Source: Escherichia phage CMS-2020a
Sequence record: CP054387.1
Strand: one strand, 5' to 3'
DNA: 64,000 bases
The translations under genes were made by a program, and so were the position numbers. Below the pieces are notes generated by a model, which was not told the origin of the DNA, did not search any database, and saw only the letters and a program-made list of their open reading frames with translations. Positions 1 to 10,469 of the stretch are shown piece after piece; the first letter of the stretch is position 1; each line of letters begins with the position of its first letter.

Positions 1-282
1 CGTCTGAAACCACCCAAAAGCAGATCCACCGCTTCCTCGCGGAACAGGGGTAATGCGGATTTTGGCAATGTTGTCAGACTGCCCCATCATCTGATATTCA
101 CTCTCGTCCACAGACCACTTGTGGCCCTGTTTATTGGTGATCTGGATGTGGTATCTGTCATAGGTTTTGATATTGCGCTTCATCCATGCTTTAAAACCAG
201 GCTTATTGGCCTCAATTAAATCCAGAGCCTGTTTTGTATTGCGCACCTTTAGATGCCAGTGGCGGCCAAAATGTTTGGCCAT
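1..282 (-). CDS. tail assembly protein I-like, truncated by the window edge
   Basis: Minus-strand frame open from ATG at 282 to position 1 (MAKHFGRHWHLKVRN...IRITPVPRGSGGSAF); lies directly downstream of the K-like gene in lambda order M-L-K-I. Confidence 0.45.
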   Translation of the reverse strand, partial: MAKHFGRHWHLKVRNTKQALDLIEANKPGFKAWMKRNIKTYDRYHIQITNKQGHKWSVDESEYQMMGQSDNIAKIRITPVPRGSGGSAFGWFQT

Positions 283-305
283 AGGGCCGCCAAGCTGCAC
301 ATGAA

Positions 306-1130
306 CTAACTCAGACACGCCTCATCTCCCTTGAGCAAGTCTCTGTGACGCAAGTGATGCGTCGTATGTTTCTGATACATCCCGCCGTAATAAGCACGAC
401 AACTAAGGCGGTCGATCTGGTGATGAAGAATCATTCCATCGCCGATATAAACCGCGCAGTGGTCAGGCATTTTTCCGTATTGGATAAAGAAGACGTCCCC
501 ACGTTGAGGTTCTGTTCCGGGCGCAAGCCGTACCAATCCTTCGTTTCGGTAGTTCTGGTCGAGAATGTCGTTATCGCCGGTGTACCACGATGGAATATGC
601 AGGTGTGCGTTCGGGTTTAGTTCGACGTTAAACTCACGCTTCAAATAGTCCCGACACAACATCCAGCAATCGAATACGCCAAATACATACGGTCTACCCA
701 GGTATGGCATTTCGAAACCATCAGGTGTGATCACATTCATCTCGCTAAAATGGAAAGGGGCATCTCCCTCAACATTCTTGCGAATAGCCAGAATCATCCA
801 CGGAACTTCCGTCGCTTCGCAGCCTGCACGATCGGCATCAGATGCTTCTGCTGATTCATCAGTATGTGAATGCCAGATTGCGATAACATCACCCGCATCC
901 TCAGCCGCCATAATGTCGTCAACGTGCATTACAAAAGTGTTCTGCGGGTTCTCCGAAACATTCCGCGCTTCCATAAAGCGATATTTGTCGCCATTAGTTC
1001 TAACCAGAAAGCCACACGCTTCATTAGGGTAGCGATTTATGGCGCAGAGATAGATTTGCTGCATAACGTCAGAGCCAAGCTCAGGGATTGCTTTATTACC
1101 CATACCGCGTAGCTCCAATAAATCCGCCAA
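306..1130 (-). CDS. tail assembly protein K-like (MPN/JAMM plus NlpC/P60 domains)
   Basis: JAMM motif HSHTDESAEASDAD; C-terminal Cys/His NlpC/P60-like residues; true start may be an internal Met (1103 or 1064) since the ORF overlaps L. Confidence 0.6.
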   Translation of the reverse strand: MADLLELRGMGNKAIPELGSDVMQQIYLCAINRYPNEACGFLVRTNGDKYRFMEARNVSENPQNTFVMHVDDIMAAEDAGDVIAIWHSHTDESAEASDADRAGCEATEVPWMILAIRKNVEGDAPFHFSEMNVITPDGFEMPYLGRPYVFGVFDCWMLCRDYLKREFNVELNPNAHLHIPSWYTGDNDILDQNYRNEGLVRLAPGTEPQRGDVFFIQYGKMPDHCAVYIGDGMILHHQIDRLSCRAYYGGMYQKHTTHHLRHRDLLKGDEACLS

Positions 1131-1794
1131 AATGGATCACACCGTCGGCAAAATAATTCCGACGCGCATTACAGGCGTCATAACGTTTTGTGCAGTAGTC
1201 CGCACCAGACATAGACGTCTGCTGGTTATTTTTGTCGAAATATGGACCGGTATAGCCGCATTCTGGCCCTCGATATTTCCACGGGCAGGTGTTTTTAATG
1301 ATCTGACGATACGGCAGTTGCACCCCCATCAAATCGAACACACTGGACAATTCAAACTCGACAACCTGATGAGTTTCGAGAGTTTTCTGTTCGATAAACC
1401 ACATTTCATCGGGGAAATGTTGGTTTGGATCTGCTGTTGGGTTGCCGTCTTTAAAATTAACGGCATCGAGGAAGCGAGCCAGCGTCATCTTGCGAATAAT
1501 GCGGCAGCCAACAAGATCGTCGTTTGCCTGAACTTCCGCAGAGACGGTTCCGGCAAAGTTCGATACCTGAATTTTTGGACGTGGCAACGTTCCCTGGCCC
1601 GTTTTGTCAAAACCTGATGCTTTGATTGGCCACGGCTCGTATGTCACTCCTTGCCAGACGACCGGTTGCATCAGTTCGTTTGTTCCGGCGTGGAAGAATA
1701 GCTTCCCCCCTGAAGTTGTATTCGACATATCCAGTACGAACAACTCAATGAGTGCAGAGGGAGATAAGCTCTGAATATCAGCTTTAATTCCCAT
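1096..1794 (-). CDS. minor tail protein L
   Basis: Recalled lambda gpL signatures ARFLDAVNF, VWQGxxYxPxPIxxSGF, YRGPECGYTGP and a C-terminal Cys cluster; start set at MGIKADIQ (ATG 1794, RBS AAGGA), giving 232 aa. Confidence 0.75.
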   Translation of the reverse strand: MGIKADIQSLSPSALIELFVLDMSNTTSGGKLFFHAGTNELMQPVVWQGVTYEPWPIKASGFDKTGQGTLPRPKIQVSNFAGTVSAEVQANDDLVGCRIIRKMTLARFLDAVNFKDGNPTADPNQHFPDEMWFIEQKTLETHQVVEFELSSVFDLMGVQLPYRQIIKNTCPWKYRGPECGYTGPYFDKNNQQTSMSGADYCTKRYDACNARRNYFADGVIHFGGFIGATRYG

Positions 1795-1876
1795 TGTTTC
1801 ATCCTTGAAATAAGTAGGCGCTGACATCCTGTCAGCGCCACAATAATAGTAAATTAGCACTTACTTATCCAGATGC

Positions 1877-2212
1877 TTAAACCTCAAATACTTGTCTGAA
1901 TGTAGCAGTTAAGACACAGTACCCCTGATATCGCTTGACCGTATGACTGTCACATACAACTACAATCTGCTTGCCTCTTGGATTAACCCAATAGAACGAT
2001 TCAACGCCTGATCGCTCAGTCAGGAAGTCATCGATTGCATTAATTTCGTTGTATGATCTGGTAAAGGTTAACGACCATTCTTCTTTAATACGATTAAGAC
2101 CTTGAGCCTGTCGCTGCTCGTAGTCATCACCAAAATTAAGTACCGTTACATTCGGTTTTACGCTTTTTTCAGATTCGTAATCTGGATACCAATTAAACGT
2201 TTGTCTTTCCAT
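1877..2212 (-). CDS. minor tail protein M-like
   Basis: 111 aa; FGDDYEQRQAQGLN resembles lambda gpM FGDGYSQRAPAGLN; position between tape measure and L. Confidence 0.6.
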   Translation of the reverse strand: MERQTFNWYPDYESEKSVKPNVTVLNFGDDYEQRQAQGLNRIKEEWSLTFTRSYNEINAIDDFLTERSGVESFYWVNPRGKQIVVVCDSHTVKRYQGYCVLTATFRQVFEV

Positions 2213-2254
2213 CTCACATCCTTGTGAGACTACCCCGGTCGGGGCAGTCGATAG

Positions 2255-5200
2255 TTAGTTACGTTGAGTGTTTGGGTTGAGTGATCCGCCAGGGCGTTTC
2301 TCTTGAGCGATAGTCTCAAGCGCGATTGCTTTCATCCGTTGAGCGGCATTGTTCCATATGCTTTCTGTATCGCCGGATTCAGTTGTGCTACCGTCACTAT
2401 GGACGTTGATCTCAATTGATACCGGAGAAAGAACATTTCCTCCTCCACTCATACCATCGGTACTGAGCGTTACAGGGATTGTTCGACCATCAGGCAATGG
2501 AACATACGCCTCATTCATATCGCCTTCCCCAAACAACGCCAATTGAGGTGAGTTGGCGATACCGCCTTTTTGGTATGCCCGGAGCGGGATCACGCCGTCT
2601 TTTCCGAATATTCCTCCATTTGCAAACTTCGGGATTGCAGGAATGCCTTTAGTTCCGTCAGCCACACTGCTGGTTGCGGTTTTAGCAGAGCTTGATGTCA
2701 CGCTGTCGAAACCACCGCCAGCCCAAGCTGAAACAAGACCAGATGCAACCGTTGCTCCAAAACTCAACCACTTATTACCAGAGCCGGAAGCATTAGCTCC
2801 AAGCATTGCAAACGCGGCAGACAGCGCGCCGGTAACAGAGCTGAGGTTCTGCATCGAGAAGATGGAGTCCTTCACGGCTTTTGTCTCGGCATCTTTGGCT
2901 TCAGTGCTATCAAATAGCCCTGATACCCAGCTACCAATCGCATTTGTTGCAGTGCCAATTGCGCTGGTGGTCTGCTGTGTTGTTTGCCCCAATCCAGTTA
3001 CCGAACTGGACGTCTCCTTCGTGGCTTCTCCTACAGACTTGTCGCCGTTAACAGTGTTGCCCATTCGTACCCCTTGATTGGCAACGGCGGAAGCAACCCC
3101 GGTCAGCAAATTACCACTCTGTGAACTACCAGCTGCGGTGGTTCCCATCCCCAACATGTTCATTAGAGGCAGCGTGATCTGCGACTTCACGACCATATTG
3201 GTGATATCTTTCAAAATAGACTGAGATAGGCTGGAGAAACTCATCTTCCCGTTAATAACGAAATCAGTCAGGACATCAGTTAAGCCACTAAACAAATCAG
3301 TCCAGGTGCTTTCGATCTGCTCTGCCAGGTTTTCGTATTCCAGTGCCAACTTCTGCGTCGCAGTCCCCGTCTCTTTAATAAGCGCGGTATTGCCAGCAGC
3401 AATCAGTTGATTGATTTTCTTTGTATAAAGCGCCACAACTTTAGGATCAGACGCCTTATCACGAAGTTCTATCAACGCTTTGAGATTGCGGTTGTAGGTG
3501 TCTTCGAAATCAGCAACTTTCTCTTCACGAGACGGCGTATAGCCAGCACTAATAATGGAATCCGACTCCGGTGCCCAGGTGGAGATCATCTGCTCAACAT
3601 TGCGGCGATTAAACATCTCGCGATATTCAGGTGTCGCATTTTTGAGGTCTTCAAGACGTTTTTTCGCCTTGTCGATCATCTCTTGAGTGATGAACTCGTT
3701 AGGAACCGCATTAGCCAAATCTGTCAGCGATTTCGTTGTATCGCGAAGAGACTGATCAAACGATACCGTAGCCTTAGAGCTTTCACCCATTTGCCCCATA
3801 AGCTGATCGGCTTTGTCCAGAGCCTTCTGGTATCCGGCTGCCAGTTTCTGTTGCGCTGCCTGTTCTTTCTTGGCCGCACGCTGCGAGGCATTAGCTGATC
3901 GTTGGGCTGCTTTTTCGGCGGCTGCTGCATCCTGTTCACGAGCTTTAGTCAGTGCAGCAATGGCTGCGGCACGCTCTTCATCGCTCATTTTCTCCAGAGA
4001 GCTGGCACTGGATGCTTTCTGCAAATTAAGCTGCGTCTTGAGTTGTTTAGGCCCAATAATCGGCTTACCTTCGAAGTCCATCATCGGAGTGCCGTCAGGC
4101 AAAGTACGCTGATAAGTCGCAGAATCCATCTGGTTTCGCATATATTGCGCCAACGCCTTCTGGGCAGCTTTATCAGTTGTACCTAACCCAAGAACAGTCC
4201 CCTGGTTTGACATTACGCCCTTACCAGTTTTGGCAGCGTTATCTCTCTCGAACTCTGCCTGAGTCAGTTCCTGAGCGACGACTTCCAAATTCTCCTGATA
4301 ACCACGAATACTTCCTTGCAGTTTCTTGATCTGCTCGGTGTTTCCTTCCTTTTTCGCTTTTTCAAGCTGATCATTAAGAGTGGCTATTTGCCCCTCGACA
4401 GCATTCTTACGAGAAGAAAGTGAATCAACCAGTTTTTGCGCAGGCTCCAGATAGCTTTTGTTTACCGTTTCACGTAACGGTGCCAATAGCTTGTTCTTTT
4501 CGTCATCTGAAAGTGAACCGTCATCATTGATTTTCTGGATCTTATCCAGAGCCTCCTGCCGGGCTTTCACGAATGTTGCCGCAAAGTCTCTATTCTCTTC
4601 CCGTATTTTCTCTATCTGTGATTCTGCCGCATCTTTTGCAAGACGTTTGGCTACAGCAATGTCTCCGCGTTCAATTGCCCCAGTAGTTTTATCGCGTTTC
4701 TTACGAAGGTCATTTAGCTCATTTTCTATACGCTTACGTTCATCCTGATTAATCTTTACTGTAGTTCCGGCCATACCCGGCCCATAAACCACCTTTTCGC
4801 CAGATTTTAACTCTTGTTCCTTTTGCGTGATTTGTTGCTCAAGACGCGCTTTATACTCCGCCATCTGTGCACGTTTGGCCGCCGTCATCGCCTCTGGTAT
4901 TTTCCTAATCTCGTCAACGACCTTTGAAGTTTCGCTGCGGAGCATGGTCATGTACGTGATTAGGCCAGCAACAGCTACAGTGGCAACTGTAAATGCTGCC
5001 CCTATAGGATTTGCTGCAATGAACGCCGTTAATCCAGCAAAAGCGCCTTTAAGCCCCGTAATCGCCCCACGGATGGCGAAAATAAGAGAGGGGATCGGAG
5101 CCAGCCCCATACGTGCCGCACGATTGAATCGAGTTACTGCTGTAGCGCCGAGGTTAAATGGAGTCTGTATGGCGGTCGCCATCGTGGCAAAGGTGCTAAC

Positions 5201-6838
5201 CATCTGGCTGCCTGCGCCAACTACCCCCATGATCCCTGCTCGCATCAGTTTGAACGCAACCATCGCGGCCACGACCTTACCGAGATTAATTACCAGCTCT
5301 TGGTTCTTTGCTAACCATTGAGCAAGCTGACGCAACCCATCGATTGCCGTTGTTAACCCCGAACCTAAAGAATTGGCAAACGAAATCCCTTCGGCGCTAT
5401 TCATGATTGAAGCCAGTTCTTTCATCCCCTTCGATAGAGAATCCAGATATCCGGCCTGACCAACCCGATCAGCAAATAACGTGAATGACGTCTGAAGTTG
5501 CGCCAGCGCACCTGTGTAGGTTTGCATCATGTCTTTCGCTGCGTTCTCATTCTCCGCACGCAGACCAACAAACATCAGAGACAACGCCTGTTTTGCCTCA
5601 ACCGTACCGCTGGCAACGGCTTTAGTCAGTTCCCCCATAGTGATGCCTGCTGCGTCCGCCATTGCCTGCATCGCGTTAGGAACGGCTTCACCTAATTGCT
5701 GACGTAGCTCTTCCATTGACACGACGCCCTTACCGGACATCTGCTGAACGGCCACAGCCGCACGTTTCAACAGCTCACTATTACCACCAAAACGAGCAAC
5801 GGAGTCCACCAGCGCCTTCAGAGAACCATCGGTTGGATCTAAGCCAGCAGAACGAAACTTCACGAAGGAGTCTGTTAACGCCTGCATCGCGAACGGCGCA
5901 TTTTGAGCCATGTCTACGATGTACTTCATATCATCAGCGGCAGCCTGGCCCGGGTTGGACTTCTCCTTATTCAACCCTCGAAGCATCACCCGCATACGTT
6001 CCATTTCGGCCGCAGCTTCAATAATAGGCTTCTGCCAACCAAACATGATACTGGTGACGGTTCTTGCAGCATCTCCGATCTCACCAAGCAGGAAAATGTT
6101 GCCACGAAGGCCAGAGAACATACTGCCTTCGTTATTTTTACCGATATGCCAAGAGTAACCACCACGTCCACCGCTACCCCCACCATTTCCGCTTCCTGAT
6201 GTGCGAACGCGTACAGGCTTGTTAATCAGTTGCTGACGTCCGATAACTTCGTCCATCTGCTCACGAACTTTTTTTAGTCCCTCGGCAGCCTGGCTTGTTG
6301 TCACACCCCAATTACTGAGTCGCTTCGTCGTGGTATTAAGGCGCGTATTCATGCCACTCACGGACGCAGAGGCTTCTTTGACCTCCGTACCAAAACGGCT
6401 TGCGCTTTTGCTTGCATAGGTCGCCCAATCAGAGAAATCATTTAGCTCTGATTGCACTTTACGTAATGACGCGGTGAGTTTATCTACTGAAGAAGTTGTC
6501 GTATCGACGCGCTCAATCAGGGCTTTAAGACCAGAATTGAGGCTGGTGATGTTGCCACGCATTTTACGCGTAGCATCTGAAGCAAGCTCAAAACCGGCAG
6601 CTACATCCTGTAGTTTATCTGCCGTAGAATCGAGCTTGCTTTCCAGAACGCCAATGATACGGGCGACCGAACCCAAAGAGCGTTCAAAGGTTTGGATTTT
6701 TTGAGCAGGCTTTGTTACCTGCTCACCAAATCGAGTAAGCAGTTTTCCCGCACGATCGATTGACGCTGTAAACTGTTTGTCTTCCAGCGACAGGATAAAC
6801 TCTACGTTTTGTGACATTCCCTTGTCATCCTCTGCCAA
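2255..6838 (-). CDS. tail tape measure protein
   Basis: 1527-aa ORF, long Ala/Gln/Lys-rich helical stretches and Gly-rich segments, located between G/T chaperones and M/L/K. Confidence 0.8.
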   Translation of the reverse strand: MAEDDKGMSQNVEFILSLEDKQFTASIDRAGKLLTRFGEQVTKPAQKIQTFERSLGSVARIIGVLESKLDSTADKLQDVAAGFELASDATRKMRGNITSLNSGLKALIERVDTTTSSVDKLTASLRKVQSELNDFSDWATYASKSASRFGTEVKEASASVSGMNTRLNTTTKRLSNWGVTTSQAAEGLKKVREQMDEVIGRQQLINKPVRVRTSGSGNGGGSGGRGGYSWHIGKNNEGSMFSGLRGNIFLLGEIGDAARTVTSIMFGWQKPIIEAAAEMERMRVMLRGLNKEKSNPGQAAADDMKYIVDMAQNAPFAMQALTDSFVKFRSAGLDPTDGSLKALVDSVARFGGNSELLKRAAVAVQQMSGKGVVSMEELRQQLGEAVPNAMQAMADAAGITMGELTKAVASGTVEAKQALSLMFVGLRAENENAAKDMMQTYTGALAQLQTSFTLFADRVGQAGYLDSLSKGMKELASIMNSAEGISFANSLGSGLTTAIDGLRQLAQWLAKNQELVINLGKVVAAMVAFKLMRAGIMGVVGAGSQMVSTFATMATAIQTPFNLGATAVTRFNRAARMGLAPIPSLIFAIRGAITGLKGAFAGLTAFIAANPIGAAFTVATVAVAGLITYMTMLRSETSKVVDEIRKIPEAMTAAKRAQMAEYKARLEQQITQKEQELKSGEKVVYGPGMAGTTVKINQDERKRIENELNDLRKKRDKTTGAIERGDIAVAKRLAKDAAESQIEKIREENRDFAATFVKARQEALDKIQKINDDGSLSDDEKNKLLAPLRETVNKSYLEPAQKLVDSLSSRKNAVEGQIATLNDQLEKAKKEGNTEQIKKLQGSIRGYQENLEVVAQELTQAEFERDNAAKTGKGVMSNQGTVLGLGTTDKAAQKALAQYMRNQMDSATYQRTLPDGTPMMDFEGKPIIGPKQLKTQLNLQKASSASSLEKMSDEERAAAIAALTKAREQDAAAAEKAAQRSANASQRAAKKEQAAQQKLAAGYQKALDKADQLMGQMGESSKATVSFDQSLRDTTKSLTDLANAVPNEFITQEMIDKAKKRLEDLKNATPEYREMFNRRNVEQMISTWAPESDSIISAGYTPSREEKVADFEDTYNRNLKALIELRDKASDPKVVALYTKKINQLIAAGNTALIKETGTATQKLALEYENLAEQIESTWTDLFSGLTDVLTDFVINGKMSFSSLSQSILKDITNMVVKSQITLPLMNMLGMGTTAAGSSQSGNLLTGVASAVANQGVRMGNTVNGDKSVGEATKETSSSVTGLGQTTQQTTSAIGTATNAIGSWVSGLFDSTEAKDAETKAVKDSIFSMQNLSSVTGALSAAFAMLGANASGSGNKWLSFGATVASGLVSAWAGGGFDSVTSSSAKTATSSVADGTKGIPAIPKFANGGIFGKDGVIPLRAYQKGGIANSPQLALFGEGDMNEAYVPLPDGRTIPVTLSTDGMSGGGNVLSPVSIEINVHSDGSTTESGDTESIWNNAAQRMKAIALETIAQEKRPGGSLNPNTQRN

Positions 6839-7094
6839 ATATTTGCATCAGTTGCTCTTTGGCGTCAGGGTCTGCCCTATCCTGGCTTGGATCGTAGACT
6901 TTATCTGTTACGACTGGTCTTCCAATCCTGAGTTGCAAACCCTCCATGAACGCCTTCACGCTCTCGCCATCTGCCTGAGCAGCGAGAGCGACTTGCAGGT
7001 TGCGGACATCCTCTTCCGCACGTAGACGGTCGATGTTGCGACTGAGCATCCAGAACATCGTGAGAGGGATGTTCAGTAGTTCTAACGGCGACAC
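6825..7094 (-). CDS. tail assembly chaperone T-like segment, possibly made as a G-T fusion by -1 frameshift
   Basis: Frame is -1 relative to the upstream G-like ORF and stays open across the G stop codon; ends overlapping the tape measure start; no canonical slippery heptamer identified. Confidence 0.4.
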   Translation of the reverse strand: MSPLELLNIPLTMFWMLSRNIDRLRAEEDVRNLQVALAAQADGESVKAFMEGLQLRIGRPVVTDKVYDPSQDRADPDAKEQLMQIFGRG

Positions 7095-7174
7095 GGCGTA
7101 GTGAGCAACTACACGACTGAAATAGAATCCGAGATCTATTGAGACGGTCCTTGTCCCGGATTCATCGCGGGAAA

Positions 7175-7492
7175 TTACTTTGCCCCTTCGCCAGCCGCTT
7201 TTTCGTTTTCTTCATCAATCACTTCCATAGCGAAGGTGAAGATCTGCTGAAGTTGCGGAACAGTCAGTTTTTCAAGAACTTCGTCGGGCACTGAAGGGAT
7301 AACCTTGCGAACCAGATCTGCATAAGCTGTCACTTGCTCAACAGGAGACATATTGGTCAGATCTTTACCTTCCATCTGCTTAATGGAAACGAACAGACCT
7401 ACCGTCATTTCAACGATGGGATATTCCTGGCCGCCAAATTTGACACTTTTTTTAGGAGGTAGGATGGAGTCGAGATCGAGTAATTTTGTCAT
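7175..7492 (-). CDS. tail assembly chaperone G-like
   Basis: 105-aa acidic protein directly upstream of the tape measure gene, conserved lambda-like position. Confidence 0.5.
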   Translation of the reverse strand: MTKLLDLDSILPPKKSVKFGGQEYPIVEMTVGLFVSIKQMEGKDLTNMSPVEQVTAYADLVRKVIPSVPDEVLEKLTVPQLQQIFTFAMEVIDEENEKAAGEGAK

Positions 7493-7559
7493 TTGTTAAA
7501 ATCCTTTTAAAAGAGAGGCCCATCATGAGCCTCAATTTATAGATTAATAAGTTGCTTGA

Positions 7560-8297
7560 TTATTGATTAACCGTCACTAATTTGGTTACTTTCTTGCTAC
7601 CGCTATTGCTGGTGAATGATATGTTTGCAGAACCTTGTTCCACACCACGCACAAGACCAGTCTGATCAACAGTGGCTTTTTTATTATCAGATGACCATAC
7701 GCCTGTTTTATCAACTACATCATCTGGGGTGAAATTAGCAGTCAGTTGAACTGTCGCCCCGACCTTTACACTCGGAGATTCAGGTGTAATCGTCACGTTT
7801 TTCACCGGTTTTGGGCCACTCATTTTGCCAAGAACCCCCTCATCATCAGGGTACGCGTTGAACTGAACAGAGAACACACGTACATCATCAGACTGGTAGG
7901 ACATAGTGAAGTTGCCAGCGGTTGCCGCTTTCGGGAGCGTCAACACATAGTCGGTGGTGTCCTGCGGTGTCAGGACGAGTTCCTTCGCCACGTTGATCAG
8001 ATTTACGCCCTGTGCAGATGTGATGGTGACGGAGTTGTCATCTTCGCTCAAAGTAGAACCAGGCATAAGATCGACCATGTTTTTGAGCACAGACTCGGCC
8101 AGAGGTGCGGTAATGGTAATGTTACGCCCCTGAACCAATTCAGAGATTACAGTCTGACCTTGTTGATCGACTGTAACTTTAAGCGTTTCAGTGGCTACTT
8201 CAACCTGAACACCACCTTTGGTGTAACCCAGATCCACACCACCAAATGATACCTTGCAGGCACCAAGCTTGATGTTTTTTACATGGGTATTAGACAT
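7560..8297 (-). CDS. major tail protein with C-terminal Ig-like (Big_2-type) domain
   Basis: 245 aa; C-terminal VTITPESPSVKVGATVQLTANFTPDDVVDKTGVWSSDNKKATV is Ig-like; position upstream of G/T. Confidence 0.65.
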   Translation of the reverse strand: MSNTHVKNIKLGACKVSFGGVDLGYTKGGVQVEVATETLKVTVDQQGQTVISELVQGRNITITAPLAESVLKNMVDLMPGSTLSEDDNSVTITSAQGVNLINVAKELVLTPQDTTDYVLTLPKAATAGNFTMSYQSDDVRVFSVQFNAYPDDEGVLGKMSGPKPVKNVTITPESPSVKVGATVQLTANFTPDDVVDKTGVWSSDNKKATVDQTGLVRGVEQGSANISFTSNSGSKKVTKLVTVNQ

Positions 8298-8370
8298 TGA
8301 TGGAAACTCCTTTTTCCGTTAATTTCACGCATTCATTGCGCTATATTTAAGTATATACTTACCTATTTAT

Positions 8371-8754
8371 TTAATTCAATAAATAGCCAGCAAATTCAAC
8401 TGGAATACCGGCTTCTATTAACGATCCATCATTTTTCGGATAAACGACAGGCATAGCCATAGGCCGTACAAGTCGAAAATAGACCTCTCCAGATTCCGTT
8501 TCCTCTACGGGAAACATATCAATGATCTTACGCGCTTTCTCAATAGTCGTTGTAATTGACGAGCCACGCACAATGATTGTGAACGACTCATGATAAAAGC
8601 CCTGTAACTCATGATCGATACTGATACCGGTATTTGGGTTAATAAGCAGGACACCGGATTTGACATAGGCAGGTAAGTAATGACAGAAAATGTCTGTCCC
8701 TACCGTGCCAATCTTTGCCTTCTGCATCAAATTTGCAAATGCTTCAATAAACAC
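8371..8754 (-). CDS. tail terminator / tail completion protein (putative)
   Basis: Position between head-tail genes and major tail protein; start placed at GTG 8754 overlapping upstream stop (alternative ATG 8727). Confidence 0.4.
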   Translation of the reverse strand: MFIEAFANLMQKAKIGTVGTDIFCHYLPAYVKSGVLLINPNTGISIDHELQGFYHESFTIIVRGSSITTTIEKARKIIDMFPVEETESGEVYFRLVRPMAMPVVYPKNDGSLIEAGIPVEFAGYLLN

Positions 8755-8755
8755 A

Positions 8756-9229
8756 TTAACCTCTCGTAAACCCGGCTTTTTTGGCAGCCTCAAGAATCGC
8801 TTCGGAGAACTGCTTCTCGCTAATTTCCACCGCTCTTTCCAGAAAGTGTGGACCAACACGAGGTTTTACACCTTCAATTGGTGGGTTTGTCACGTTCTTC
8901 ATTCGAGAAAGATAACCGAGACGGTATTTGCCCAGCTCCATGTACTTAGCATAGTCACCTACTTCTACGCCAGGATGCCCCTGACGTGGCTTTGCCCCAG
9001 ACACAGAAAGCTCAATGCGCAGCCCTGAATAACCTTCTTTAATCACCCTAGCAAAGATGGCTGTCTCCAGAGATCCGGTTTCCAGCGGGGCCATTGCACG
9101 GCTGAGGCGCTCAACCAAACGCGCCAGCTTTTCCATGTCCCGAATAAGATATCGCTTAAATGCTTTCTGGCTGTTGTTGAGTCTATTCCCCGCACGTTTG
9201 AACTGATGCGCATCGTATTTCAGACCCAT
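8756..9229 (-). CDS. head-tail joining protein (HK97 gp10-like, putative)
   Basis: 157 aa, synteny in morphogenesis module. Confidence 0.4.
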   Translation of the reverse strand: MGLKYDAHQFKRAGNRLNNSQKAFKRYLIRDMEKLARLVERLSRAMAPLETGSLETAIFARVIKEGYSGLRIELSVSGAKPRQGHPGVEVGDYAKYMELGKYRLGYLSRMKNVTNPPIEGVKPRVGPHFLERAVEISEKQFSEAILEAAKKAGFTRG

Positions 9230-9564
9230 ATATTCGCCCCTACTTCAAGATGCCCAGGTCTTCCTCGTAGCCCCCAGCGGCGATGAACACTGGACACCTT
9301 TAATTTTTGACCTTCAAGGATCAGTACATCATCAAGTTCTACAGCCGATTCCAAAGGAACAACTAACACAGCATCAAACAGCTCCAGACTCGCCTTGCCA
9401 CGACTACCAGAGCTATCAGCACGAACTGACGATTTCTCATTACTCTGTTCGAATTTAACTACACCTACATTCGTCTTCCTGACGAACTGCAATTGCGCTT
9501 CACCGTAGACGTTCTTTGTGCCAAAGCGGTAGATCGCAATTTCTGTTTGCCATGAAATATTCAC
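9220..9564 (-). CDS. head-tail connector / head closure protein (putative)
   Basis: 114 aa, synteny. Confidence 0.35.
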   Translation of the reverse strand: MNISWQTEIAIYRFGTKNVYGEAQLQFVRKTNVGVVKFEQSNEKSSVRADSSGSRGKASLELFDAVLVVPLESAVELDDVLILEGQKLKVSSVHRRWGLRGRPGHLEVGANIWV

Positions 9565-9635
9565 GCTCTCTCCCTGTTGTCGATCTCATTGCCAGCCAAA
9601 ACTATTGCTTCCAAAACCAAATAATGAGAAAGACA

Positions 9636-10469
9636 TTACGAACGTCGGACAATCATACGATTGTCTATATAACGGATCAGTAAACGCCAGGTGCTGCGAG
9701 CAACATGCACGTTTGCTGATTTACCGGTACGATACATGTTGGTAGTTTCACCGATAGATTCTGACAAAATGCCATCCTCTCGTGCTGCGACGATATCATT
9801 GCCATTTGCTATCTCACACGCTTCATTAACAACGGCTAGCATTAACGCTTCTTTGAAGTAGTCAGGGAACTCTTCAAACTTCTCCTGAGTAATCTTTTCC
9901 CAATCGACTAAATCATGCCGGTACGCTCCATCTGCTCCCCACGGAATGTCATACACATTCAGCATATTTTGAGGGCGATCGTATCGGTCAAAGTCGATAC
10001 GTAGAATTTTGCGGATTGAGAACGGTAAAGTTTTAATACGTCTTGTAGCCTCAATGAGACGCTTGCGCATTAAGCCTTCACCATCCGACAGCAAAGTGTC
10101 CCCATTCAGCATATCGATCGCCTGCATTTGAGCATCAGCGACAGTTGCAAACGACTGTTCTGGTATCGACAGTTCAAAAGTATTCAGCAGAACATACATT
10201 TGACGCTCTTCATGCGTCAGGCCCGATGCAACAGCCTTCACAATGACGTACCGCAGATCTCGCTCTTTCTCAGAGAGCTGGTTATATTCAGCCGACACGA
10301 CAACCGGAATCGACATTTGACCGCTGGTAATTTCTAGCGGCTCGCCATCAACGAGAATAGCCCCGGTGCTGTCCTTTACTGTGTAGGTGGCAGATTCGAT
10401 ATCCAGCACGTTGAAGGCAAATGAAAGAGAAACAGCTTCACCGCTACGATACGAGTCGATCTGCGCCAT
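9636..10469 (-). CDS. hypothetical virion morphogenesis protein
   Basis: 277-aa ORF within the head module, no recognisable motif. Confidence 0.35.
   Translation of the reverse strand: MAQIDSYRSGEAVSLSFAFNVLDIESATYTVKDSTGAILVDGEPLEITSGQMSIPVVVSAEYNQLSEKERDLRYVIVKAVASGLTHEERQMYVLLNTFELSIPEQSFATVADAQMQAIDMLNGDTLLSDGEGLMRKRLIEATRRIKTLPFSIRKILRIDFDRYDRPQNMLNVYDIPWGADGAYRHDLVDWEKITQEKFEEFPDYFKEALMLAVVNEACEIANGNDIVAAREDGILSESIGETTNMYRTGKSANVHVARSTWRLLIRYIDNRMIVRRS

Noticed and set aside
2349-6704. Multiple plus-strand ORFs (e.g. 2553-3077, 3407-3898, 4827-5321)
   Set aside because: All are antisense to the 1527-aa tape measure gene and low-complexity (Ala/Ser/Leu/Arg-rich); shadow ORFs.
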